Shown here one piece after another: positions 56,254 through 64,000 of a DNA stretch of 64,000 bases. Every line of letters starts with the position of its first letter. Position 1 is the first letter of the stretch. Source of the DNA: Treponemataceae bacterium (GTDB taxonomy: Bacteria; Spirochaetota; Spirochaetia; Treponematales; Rectinemataceae); contig CAXXHO010000005.1 in assembly GCA_963667725.2 (NCBI GenBank), forward strand, positions 1,248,001 to 1,312,000, in the 5' to 3' direction. The notes below the pieces were generated by a model. That model had not been told where the DNA came from, made no database searches, and saw only the letters and a program-made list of their open reading frames with translations. Position numbers and translations under genes: made by a program.

Positions 56254-57170
56254 CGATAATGGAAGCCATGGAAGCCCGCGTTTCCACCCGCAGTTTTGAC
56301 GGGGCTGGCCTGACGGCGCCTGAGGCGGCCGAACTTACCGCCATGCTCAAGTCCGTCGCCAGGGAGGCGGCGCCTTTCGGCAACAGGGTGCGCCTTGCCC
56401 TCGCCGGGGGCGCCGAAGTCATGGGCAGCGGAGCTGGGGGCGATGGAGCCGCGGGCGGCAAAGCTGCGGCTAAGGGCGCGAAACCCCTAAGGCTCGGCAC
56501 CTATGGCCTCATCGCGGGGGCCTCGGCCTTCATCGTGCCGGCCGTCCTTCCCGGCGTCGGCGCCATGGAGGACGCGGGCTTCATCATCGAAAAAGCTGTT
56601 CTCGAGGCGACGGCCCTGGGCTGGGCGAGCTGCTGGATAGGGGGCGTCTTCTCCAGGAGCAAAGCGGCGAAGATAGCCGCGGCGGCCGAAGGGGAACTCG
56701 TGCCCGCCGTCATCGCGCTCGGCAGGCCGGCGGGCAGGCGGAGCCTGGCCGACAGAATCGTGACAGGGGCGGCGAAATCGCGTTCCAGGAAGGCTATCGC
56801 GGACATAGTCTTCGCCGCCGAGGGACTGGAGAACGCCTGGATGGAGGCGACCAAAGCCCTGCGGAACGCCCCTTCTGCGTCCAACAAGCAGCCCTGGCGT
56901 CTCCTTCGGCTCGCCGGGCGAGACGAGTGGCTCATCTTCCTGGACGAGGATAAGGTGTACAACAACAGCCTCGGCGCCGTGCATATACAGAATATCGATA
57001 TCGGCATCGGGATGCGCCATTTCCATGAAGCGGCGATCGCCTCCGGAATGAATGGCAGATGGATTCCGCTGCCATTCGCCGATGGGACGATTCAGCCAGC
57101 CCTGCGCTATGGCGAAGAAAAAGGGTGGATTCCCGTCGCGCTCTGGCGATTTGCCCCGGCGGATTTTTAA
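56250..57170 (+). CDS. Nitroreductase family protein (duplicated domain type)
   Basis: R.STRSF, LGTYG.I.GA, LG..SCWIGG, APSASNKQPWR, IDIGI...HF. Confidence 0.85.
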   Translation: MTIMEAMEARVSTRSFDGAGLTAPEAAELTAMLKSVAREAAPFGNRVRLALAGGAEVMGSGAGGDGAAGGKAAAKGAKPLRLGTYGLIAGASAFIVPAVLPGVGAMEDAGFIIEKAVLEATALGWASCWIGGVFSRSKAAKIAAAAEGELVPAVIALGRPAGRRSLADRIVTGAAKSRSRKAIADIVFAAEGLENAWMEATKALRNAPSASNKQPWRLLRLAGRDEWLIFLDEDKVYNNSLGAVHIQNIDIGIGMRHFHEAAIASGMNGRWIPLPFADGTIQPALRYGEEKGWIPVALWRFAPADF

Positions 57171-57242
57171 CGCTATATTCAACTAAGTGAATAATAAGCG
57201 TGGAATCACACGCGCAATTTCTAGCGACCCGGGAGGAATTAT

Positions 57243-57761
57243 ATGATTTCCAGCAAAATGACCGATAGAATCAACCTTCAGATCAACCGTGAGATGTATT
57301 CGGCATATCTCTATCTCGCCATGGGGGCGAAGATGAAAGAAACCGGATACGCTGGCGTCGCCAACTGGCTTACCGTGCAGTACCACGAAGAAATGTTCCA
57401 CGCGATGAAGTTCGCGAAATATCTCGAGGAACAGGGCGCGGCCGTCAAGTATGCCCAGATCGACACGCCCGTCTTCGCCGAGACAGGCATCAAGGAGCTG
57501 TTCCAGCACATCCTCAAGCACGAGCAGTTCGTGACCTCGAGCATACGCGAGATCGTCGAACTGGCCAGGGCCGAGAAGGACTATGCCACCGAGAATCTCC
57601 TCCAGTGGTATATCGACGAGCAGGTCGAGGAAGAGAAAAACGACTTCGAGATCCTTCAGGCCATCGATCTTCTCGGAAACAACGCTCAAGGCCTCTATAT
57701 GCTCAATATCGAATTGGGCAAGCGCGGCAACGGCGCCCAGCTCGATTTCACGAAGATTTAA
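57243..57761 (+). CDS. ftnA: Non-heme ferritin
   Basis: QINREMYSAYLYL, EEMFHAMK, HEQFVT, LQWYIDEQVEEE ferroxidase residues. Confidence 0.92.
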   Translation: MISSKMTDRINLQINREMYSAYLYLAMGAKMKETGYAGVANWLTVQYHEEMFHAMKFAKYLEEQGAAVKYAQIDTPVFAETGIKELFQHILKHEQFVTSSIREIVELARAEKDYATENLLQWYIDEQVEEEKNDFEILQAIDLLGNNAQGLYMLNIELGKRGNGAQLDFTKI

Positions 57762-57821
57762 GCCTCAGGCCTAACCCCGCTCCTTTCATGACTTGCTGAA
57801 TTACCCCGTCTTCGCGGCCTG

Positions 57822-57846
57822 AAAGCCCCGGACGGGGCTTTTTTTT
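57822..57846 (+). terminator. Intrinsic terminator after ferritin
   Basis: AAAGCCCCG-ga-CGGGGCTTT followed by a T tract. Confidence 0.85.
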
Positions 57847-57873
57847 GCCCTCCATTTGCCGTATTTTAGATAG

Positions 57874-59481
57874 ATGCAGGCCATACAATACGTAAGTACG
57901 AGAATTTCTCCAGGCGGCAGGGTTGAAGACCCCGTAGGCATCGAGACCGCGATAGCGCGCGGCATGCCCCCCGACGGAGGTCTTTACGTTCCGACTTCAT
58001 TGCCTGCCCTTCCGGGGCGTATTTTCGACCCCGGCCCCCTTTCCTATGCCGAACTGGCCACCATGATCCTGACACCTTTTTTCTCTGGATGGGAGGACGG
58101 ATCGCTCCGGGCCATCCTCGAAAAAGCCTATGGCTCAAGCGGGGAAGATCCATATTTCGATACGCCCGAAATCGCGTCCCTCATCCCTCTGGATGGGCTC
58201 GACTTGCCCGACAACCCGCCTTTGTATCTCCTCGAGCTTTTTCATGGAAGAACCTGCGCCTTCAAGGATATGGCTTTGAGCGTCCTGGGCGGCTTCCTGC
58301 GCGAAAGCCTGGACAGGATGGGAAAAAAGGAGCCTATCCTCGTTCTCGTGGCCACCTCGGGAGACACGGGTTCGGCCGCCCTCGAAGGCCTCGCCGCGGT
58401 GGAGGGAATCCATACGGCCGTCATTTATCCCGGAGAGGGAACGAGCGAGATCCAGCGACTGCAGATGACGACGGCCAGCTTGCGGCGACGTTTCGTCGCC
58501 GGCATAAAGGGCAATTTCGACGATGCCCAGGGCGCGGTGAAGCGGATTTTCGCGCGCGCGGCGCGCGGCGAGGGGCCATTGGCCGGCCGCGGCCTTTCGT
58601 CGGCCAACTCGATCAACATCGGCAGACTTCTGCCGCAGATCGTCTATTATGTGGCCGCCTGGAGGGCTCTCGCCGCGCGCGGGGCGCTGGGCGAGGACAG
58701 ATTCATGCACGTGGCCGTCCCCACGGGGAATTTCGGCGATATCCTCGCGGCCAAATACGCGAAGGAAATGGGACTGCCGATAGGCAGGCTCATATGCGCC
58801 TCGAACGCGAATAAGGTCCTCGCCGATTTCTTCGCGACGGGCGTCTACGACAGACGCCGCAATCTCGTGAAAACCGAGAGCCCTTCCATGGATATTCTGG
58901 TATCCAGCAACCTGGAGCGGCTTCTATTCATGGCGTCGGGGAGAAACCAAAAACGCGTAACGTCGCTCATGGGGGAACTTGCGGCGAAAGGCTGGTTCGA
59001 GATAAACCCCGACGAAAAGGCGTATATCGCGGACTTCTCATCAGGTTGGTGCAGCGACGCTTCGGCGAAATCGGCCATCGCGAACGTTTGGGAATCCTGC
59101 TCGATCCTCGTCGATCCGCATACGGCAACTGCCCTGGAAGTGGCGATTCGAGATTCTTCACCGCTTCGCCCTATGGCGCCCATCGTGGTCGCGTCGACGG
59201 CAAGTCCCTTCAAGTTTCCCCGGGCATGCCTCGATGCCTTGAAGGGCGCCACCACGGACAACGGCGGGGAGGAGACGGTGGATGACGACGATGGGCGATC
59301 AAGCCCCGACGGCGATCTGGCTCTCGCGCAGGGATTGTCCGCGATGACAGGCTGTTCGATGCCCGCGCCGATACGCGCCCTCACATCCAAAAGAATCCTG
59401 CACGACGCGATGATTGCCGTCGACGGCGTGGAGGACGCTCTGGCCGACTACGCGCGCGAAAAGATGGGCGCGCGGCCATGA
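57874..59481 (+). CDS. thrC: Threonine synthase
   Basis: YVSTR, DGGLYVP, LELFHG.T.AFKD, ATSGDTG, SANSINIGR, VPTGNFG, SPSMDI..SSN.ER, DPHTA, TASPFKF. Confidence 0.94.
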   Translation: MQAIQYVSTRISPGGRVEDPVGIETAIARGMPPDGGLYVPTSLPALPGRIFDPGPLSYAELATMILTPFFSGWEDGSLRAILEKAYGSSGEDPYFDTPEIASLIPLDGLDLPDNPPLYLLELFHGRTCAFKDMALSVLGGFLRESLDRMGKKEPILVLVATSGDTGSAALEGLAAVEGIHTAVIYPGEGTSEIQRLQMTTASLRRRFVAGIKGNFDDAQGAVKRIFARAARGEGPLAGRGLSSANSINIGRLLPQIVYYVAAWRALAARGALGEDRFMHVAVPTGNFGDILAAKYAKEMGLPIGRLICASNANKVLADFFATGVYDRRRNLVKTESPSMDILVSSNLERLLFMASGRNQKRVTSLMGELAAKGWFEINPDEKAYIADFSSGWCSDASAKSAIANVWESCSILVDPHTATALEVAIRDSSPLRPMAPIVVASTASPFKFPRACLDALKGATTDNGGEETVDDDDGRSSPDGDLALAQGLSAMTGCSMPAPIRALTSKRILHDAMIAVDGVEDALADYAREKMGARP

Positions 59482-59515
59482 GACTCCACGTCTATCCGCG
59501 CGCGAGGAGAAGTCC

Positions 59516-60295
59516 ATGAAAAAAATGCCCTCACTGTTCGTTGGCCACGGCTCGCCGATGAACGCGGTCGCCCATAATTCCTATACCGAATCCCTGGGCG
59601 CCCTTGCGGCGGCCATGCCCGCCCCCCGCGGCATCCTAGTCGTGTCAGCCCACTGGGTGACGCCTGGGCTGCGGGTCACTTCCTCCCCCTCGCCCAGGCA
59701 GATCTACGATTTTTTCGGCTTTCCCGATGAATTATACAAAATTCAATACGAACCTCATGGGAGTCCCGAACTCGCCGCGAGGACTGCTGAGCTGCTCGAC
59801 CGGGCGGGATTTCCCTGCGCGGAAGATCCGACCCGCGGCATCGACCATGCCGCCTGGGCTGTGCTTTTTCACATGTATCCCAAGGCCGATATTCCCGTGA
59901 TCGAAATGAGTCTGGACTATAAAATGAGGGTCGGACACTGGTTCGAGATAGGCGCGGCGCTGGCAGCCCTGCGGGAGGAAGGTTTTCTCGTCATGGGAAG
60001 CGGGAATGTCGTCCATAACCTGTACCGTTTCGAAGCCGCGATAGACGCGAAGCCGTATCCCTGGGCTTTGAAATTCAACGATACGGTGAAGGCCGCCGTC
60101 GCCGCAAACGATAGAGCCCGGCTTTCTTCCTTCGCGCTTCCCGTGGAAGAATCGCGCGACGCCGTGCCTACGCCCGAACATTATCTGCCGCTCCTGCCCC
60201 TGCTCGGCGGCATGGGCGAGGGAGAGAAGGCTTCGATATTCCACGAATCCATCCAGAACGCCAGCATCGCGATGACGGGTTTTTCGATCGGTTAG
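59516..60295 (+). CDS. 4,5-DOPA dioxygenase extradiol-like (LigB/YgiD family)
   Basis: LFVGHGSPM, SAHW, YDF.GFP, GIDH..W, GSGNVVHNL, PTPEHYLP; GAGGAG SD. Confidence 0.9.
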   Translation: MKKMPSLFVGHGSPMNAVAHNSYTESLGALAAAMPAPRGILVVSAHWVTPGLRVTSSPSPRQIYDFFGFPDELYKIQYEPHGSPELAARTAELLDRAGFPCAEDPTRGIDHAAWAVLFHMYPKADIPVIEMSLDYKMRVGHWFEIGAALAALREEGFLVMGSGNVVHNLYRFEAAIDAKPYPWALKFNDTVKAAVAANDRARLSSFALPVEESRDAVPTPEHYLPLLPLLGGMGEGEKASIFHESIQNASIAMTGFSIG

Positions 60296-60305
60296 GGGAA
60301 AAGCG

Positions 60306-61019
60306 CTATTTCCTGACGATGACGACGCAGCGTTCCTCGTCGAGGAAAGGAACCCAGATCGGCCTGACCTCGGCTCTCGAGAATGGTCCCGCGAGAAGGG
60401 GATCGGTCGCGAGGGCGGCCATCTCCATTTTCGCGTTGAACTGCTTACCTTTATAGGCGAAGAGAGCGCCGCCCGGAGCCAGGTTTTTCCATATAGCTTT
60501 GAAGAGTTTCAGCTCGGTAAACGGCCTGAAAGCCCTGAATATCACGATATCCTGGGGGCCTGGCGCTTTTTCGATCTCGCTCTCCACGATTTCCACGTTT
60601 CCCAGCGAGAGAATGGCCTTCTGGCTTTCGAGAAAGGATATGCGCTTTCCCATGCGCTCGACGAGACGGACCTTCCTGTCCGGCATGATGATGCTCAAGG
60701 GAATTCCGGGAAGGCCAGCCCCGGTTCCAATATCGCTCAACGTCGCCGCGTGGCCTTGGGACTTGTTCTCGGGCGAGTTGTCGCACTCTTCGAGCAGGCC
60801 CTCAAGGAGGCGCCAGGGCGCGAGACTGTCCAGGATATGCTTGATGACGAGCTCGTCTCCCGAAGCGTTCACGAGTCCGTAGGCGGGATTCCAGGTTTCT
60901 ATCTCGCCGATATAGCGTACAAGCGACTCCGTTTTCTTGTCGTTGCCGTCGAGGCCGAGGATGGCGAGTCCCCTGACCAGAAGCGACTGTGGATCATTCA
61001 TAGTGTCCATTGTAATCAT
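60306..61019 (-). CDS. rsmG: 16S rRNA m7G527 methyltransferase
   Basis: WN...L, HILDSL, DIGTGAGLPGIPL, RAF, YKG; start may be 61010 or 61001. Confidence 0.9.
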   Translation of the reverse strand: MITMDTMNDPQSLLVRGLAILGLDGNDKKTESLVRYIGEIETWNPAYGLVNASGDELVIKHILDSLAPWRLLEGLLEECDNSPENKSQGHAATLSDIGTGAGLPGIPLSIIMPDRKVRLVERMGKRISFLESQKAILSLGNVEIVESEIEKAPGPQDIVIFRAFRPFTELKLFKAIWKNLAPGGALFAYKGKQFNAKMEMAALATDPLLAGPFSRAEVRPIWVPFLDEERCVVIVRK

Positions 61020-61052
61020 TTGCCCGATTTTATTCCATTCCGGCGGGGAGGA

Positions 61053-61090
61053 TTGACAAAGTGAGGTCCTTTTCCCGATACTGAAATCCC
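61053..61090 (+). promoter_or_regulatory. Putative pyrG promoter adjacent to the start codon
   Basis: TTGACA-N18-GATACT-gaaatccc-ATG; no SD. Confidence 0.5.
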
Positions 61091-62713
61091 ATGAAGAAGC
61101 TAGTATTTGTCACTGGCGGGGTCTGCTCTTCATTGGGCAAAGGCATTGCGGCCTCGTCGATCGGCGCTCTCATGGAATCTCGCGGCTTTACCGTCCGTAT
61201 GGTAAAGATAGACCCCTACCTGAACGTGGATGCCGGGACGATGAGTCCCTACCAGCACGGCGAGGTGTACGTCACCGACGACGGCGCCGAAACCGACCTG
61301 GACCTGGGCAACTACGGAAGGTTCACCTCGGCTCCCCTTTCACGTATCAACTCCATCACGACGGGCCAAGTCTACAAGACCGTCATCGAAAAGGAACGCG
61401 CGGGCGATTTTCTTGGCCGCACGGTCCAGGTCATTCCCCACATAACCGACGAGATAAAGCGCCGCATCCTCGCCGTGGCCGAAAGCCCCGACGTCGACAT
61501 GACCATCGTCGAGATAGGCGGAACGGTAGGCGACATGGAATCGGTGCCTTTCCTGGAGGCTGCCCGCCAGCTCATCCACGAATTCGGCAAGCAGAACGCC
61601 ATCTCGGTCCACGTCACCCTCGTTCCCTCCGTCTCGGGAGGGGAGATAAAAACAAAACCCACCCAGCACGCCGTCAAGGAACTGCAGGAAATGGGAATCC
61701 AGCCGGACGTGGTCGTCCTGCGCTCCAAAGAGCCGCTGGACGAGGGCATACGCCGCAAGATCTCGTCGTTCACCAACGTCGAATTCGAGGGCGTGATCTC
61801 CGGTTACGATGTCTCGACGATCTACGAACTGCCCCTGGTCTACTATCAGTCGGGCATCGATGCCTTCATCCTGAAAAAGATGAATGTGGAAAGCAGGCAC
61901 GCCGAACTTTCGGCCTGGAAACAGGTCGTGGAGAAGGTGAAGAATCCAGCTGTCCGCGTGCGCATCGGCGTGGTGGGGAAGTACATGGAGCTTCACGACG
62001 CCTACAAGTCGGTTTGGGAAGCCCTTGGCCACGGCGGCATCGCGAACAACGCCGGCGTCGAGATCGTCAAGATCGATTCGGGAAGCCTTGAGGGGCCCGA
62101 CGCGAAGCTGGACGACATATTCGCCACGATCGACGGCATTCTGGTGCCCGGGGGCTTCGGCGAACGCGGCATCGAAGGCATGATCGTCGCCGCGCGCTAT
62201 GCCCGAGAGCACAAGCTTCCTTATTTCGGCATTTGCCTCGGCATGCAGATCATGGTGATAGAGTATGCCCGCGACGTGCTGGGATGGACCGACGCCCACT
62301 CCACCGAGTTCAGCAAATCGTCGAAATATCCTGTCGTAGCGCTGCTCGAGGAACAGATTGACGTTAAAGCCTACGGCGGCACGATGCGCCTGGGAGCGAG
62401 CGAGTCGCTGACGAAGGCCGATACGGCCATACGCAGGGCTTATGGCGCCGAGCATATCGTCGAGCGGCACCGGCACCGATACGAGGTGGCTAACGCCTTC
62501 AGAAAGGATTTGGAAAAGGCTGGGCTCGTCATAGCCGCGACCACGCCGGACGATAGCCTCGTGGAAGCATGCGAGTGGCCGAACCACCCGTGGGGCCTGG
62601 GCGTCCAGTTTCATCCCGAGTTCAAGTCGAGACCCACGAAAGCCCATCCGATCTTCAGGGCTTTCATCACCGAGTGCGCCGCGATGGCGAAAGTTCGCCA
62701 AACGCGCTCTTAA
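61091..62713 (+). CDS. pyrG: CTP synthase
   Basis: FVTGGV.SSLGKG, DPYLNVDAGTMSP, KTKPTQH, PGGFG.RG, GICLG, ERHRHRYE, QFHPE. Confidence 0.98.
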   Translation: MKKLVFVTGGVCSSLGKGIAASSIGALMESRGFTVRMVKIDPYLNVDAGTMSPYQHGEVYVTDDGAETDLDLGNYGRFTSAPLSRINSITTGQVYKTVIEKERAGDFLGRTVQVIPHITDEIKRRILAVAESPDVDMTIVEIGGTVGDMESVPFLEAARQLIHEFGKQNAISVHVTLVPSVSGGEIKTKPTQHAVKELQEMGIQPDVVVLRSKEPLDEGIRRKISSFTNVEFEGVISGYDVSTIYELPLVYYQSGIDAFILKKMNVESRHAELSAWKQVVEKVKNPAVRVRIGVVGKYMELHDAYKSVWEALGHGGIANNAGVEIVKIDSGSLEGPDAKLDDIFATIDGILVPGGFGERGIEGMIVAARYAREHKLPYFGICLGMQIMVIEYARDVLGWTDAHSTEFSKSSKYPVVALLEEQIDVKAYGGTMRLGASESLTKADTAIRRAYGAEHIVERHRHRYEVANAFRKDLEKAGLVIAATTPDDSLVEACEWPNHPWGLGVQFHPEFKSRPTKAHPIFRAFITECAAMAKVRQTRS

Positions 62714-62761
62714 GCGCTTTTGGCGCTCGTCAACCACGCAAGTAGCGTGTTGACGCTCGCT

Positions 62762-62793
62762 AAAGCCCGCCGACCAGCGCGCCAGGCGGGCTT
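62762..62793 (+). terminator. Terminator-like hairpin after pyrG
   Basis: AAAGCCCGCC...GGCGGGCTTT; followed by TTGACA-N17-CATACT upstream of lptC. Confidence 0.55.
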
Positions 62794-62835
62794 TGTATTG
62801 ACAGGGCGGCGGCCCCAAACCATACTCAACACGCG

Positions 62836-63471
62836 ATGCGAAGCGAAAATCAGCGTGAAAAAACCTCATCGGCCGCCGATGCCCTTTCGGCAAGACACCC
62901 GGCGCCGGCGGGCATAAGCGCCCTGATCCTGGCTTTCGCCATGCTGACGCTGGCCGCCTCCTGCTCGATGTCCGAAGCCGAGGCAGCGCTCTCGATGAAA
63001 GAAGACGAACCCGATGCCACTTTCCTGGGCTTCAGCCGCGAGGAGGTGGAGAACGGGGTTGTGACTTTTTCGGCGAAGGCCGAACGCGCCGAGTATTTTC
63101 AGGATAGAGGCCTTTTTGTCATCTACAACATTGTTTTCGAGGACAGGGGCCCGGAAGGCGGAAGCGCTGAAGCCACCGGCGAGGCCGACAAGGCCGTCTA
63201 CTACGAAGATACGGGCAACGCCGAATTCTCCGGCTTCGTCCAGATATACTCTCCCGAAGAAGATACTTATTTCGAGACAAGCGGACTCAACTACTTTTCG
63301 GCCACGAGGACAGTTGAAGGGCTGCCCGACAATCCGGTCGTCGTGAAGGTCGGAGAGAAGCTCTTCATCCAGGGAATGGGCTTTTTCGCCGATATACAGG
63401 AAAAGGCTTTTTCCTTTCGCGATGGGGCGCAGGGCGTCTTTCGCGTGGATTCCGCCGCCGGTTCACAGTAA
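62836..63471 (+). CDS. lptC: LPS export ABC transporter periplasmic protein LptC
   Basis: Membrane anchor/lipobox AASC then beta-jellyroll-like pattern (A..AE.., G.ADKA, V.VKVG...QG.GF); pyrG-lptC-lptA order. Confidence 0.7.
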   Translation: MRSENQREKTSSAADALSARHPAPAGISALILAFAMLTLAASCSMSEAEAALSMKEDEPDATFLGFSREEVENGVVTFSAKAERAEYFQDRGLFVIYNIVFEDRGPEGGSAEATGEADKAVYYEDTGNAEFSGFVQIYSPEEDTYFETSGLNYFSATRTVEGLPDNPVVVKVGEKLFIQGMGFFADIQEKAFSFRDGAQGVFRVDSAAGSQ

Positions 63472-63482
63472 GGAGAAGAACG

Positions 63483-64000
63483 ATGAGGCTTCATGACACG
63501 GATATAGGTCGGGAACGCCACAGCGCCGCGATGGGCAAAATTATTGTTCTGGCGGGCCTGTTTCTCATGCTTCTCGCCGGTTTTCCGGCATTCGCGCAAG
63601 AAACGGCGCCAGCGGTAGCTGGCGCGCCGGCGGTAGCCGGCGATACATCGAAAGCAGCCGGCGAGGCAGGGAGCTCCGACACCACCATCACCTTCACCGC
63701 GCGCCGCATGGAAAGCATCATCGCCAAAGGCAAGGAAAAGACGATCCTCATCGGCGGAGCCGTCGTCAACACCGGTACAATGGAAATCAAGGCCGAGAGA
63801 ATAGAACTCTTCGGCGAAGACTATAACGATGTCCTCTGTACGGGAACGGTAGTCGTTTTCGACGAATCCAAGGGCTTCCTCCTCAAGGCGGCCACCCTTA
63901 CCTACGCGCGGGATACAGAAATAGGCCTCGCCCAGACGCAGGTGGTGCTGGAAGACTCCAAGAACGATGTTCTCCTCAAGGCCGAGTGGGTGCGTTTCGA
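63483..64000 (+). CDS. lptA: LptA/OstA family protein, N-terminal part (runs off the window edge; not in ORF track)
   Basis: Manual translation after AAGGAG SD: signal peptide, then ITFTARRMES...TILIGGAVVNTGTMEIKAERIELFG...CTGTV. Confidence 0.78.
   Translation, partial: MRLHDTDIGRERHSAAMGKIIVLAGLFLMLLAGFPAFAQETAPAVAGAPAVAGDTSKAAGEAGSSDTTITFTARRMESIIAKGKEKTILIGGAVVNTGTMEIKAERIELFGEDYNDVLCTGTVVVFDESKGFLLKAATLTYARDTEIGLAQTQVVLEDSKNDVLLKAEWVRF

Noticed and set aside
57762..57873. Thr/Ile attenuator before thrC
   Set aside because: No Thr/Ile-rich leader ORF (only ATG-ACT-TGC-TGA); the hairpin is explained as the ferritin terminator
61340..62893. Long antisense ORFs (also 6860-8044, 26112-27383, 43761-44912, 47118-48374, 51012-52328)
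   Set aside because: Shadow frames opposite well-supported genes, expected from high-GC codon bias; no motifs

Overview
GC-rich bacterial chromosomal segment, most likely from a Spirochaetota (Treponematales-like) organism. This is inferred from the rsmG/pyrG-lptC-lptA order, the many spirochaete-type lipoproteins and a dentilisin-like protease pair. About 55 protein genes are supported. They include housekeeping genes (trpS, pdxST, metNIQ, hppA, thrC, rsmG, pyrG, lptC/lptA, mgtE, ferritin, tag), transporters, several GNATs and hydrolases. No rRNA, tRNA, CRISPR array or transposase was seen. The best candidate for an undescribed system is at 24425-29428 (minus strand). There a sigma70 promoter and a Moco-RNA-motif-like leader (apparently lacking P3, the form associated with tungsten cofactor) precede three genes: a sugar-type solute-binding protein, a lipoprotein with three molybdopterin-oxidoreductase-like repeats, and a fused MalF/MalG-type permease. 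This could be a Mo/W-cofactor or pterin uptake/salvage system. Other points of interest are a urocanate-reductase-type flavinylated lipoprotein with a palindromic operator, a perfect operator over the start of a DNA-repair radical SAM operon, an SD-sequestering hairpin before ridA, a loopless 46-bp palindrome, and recurrent 15-bp in-frame repeat expansions. All family assignments are by motif recognition by eye; no database searches were run.
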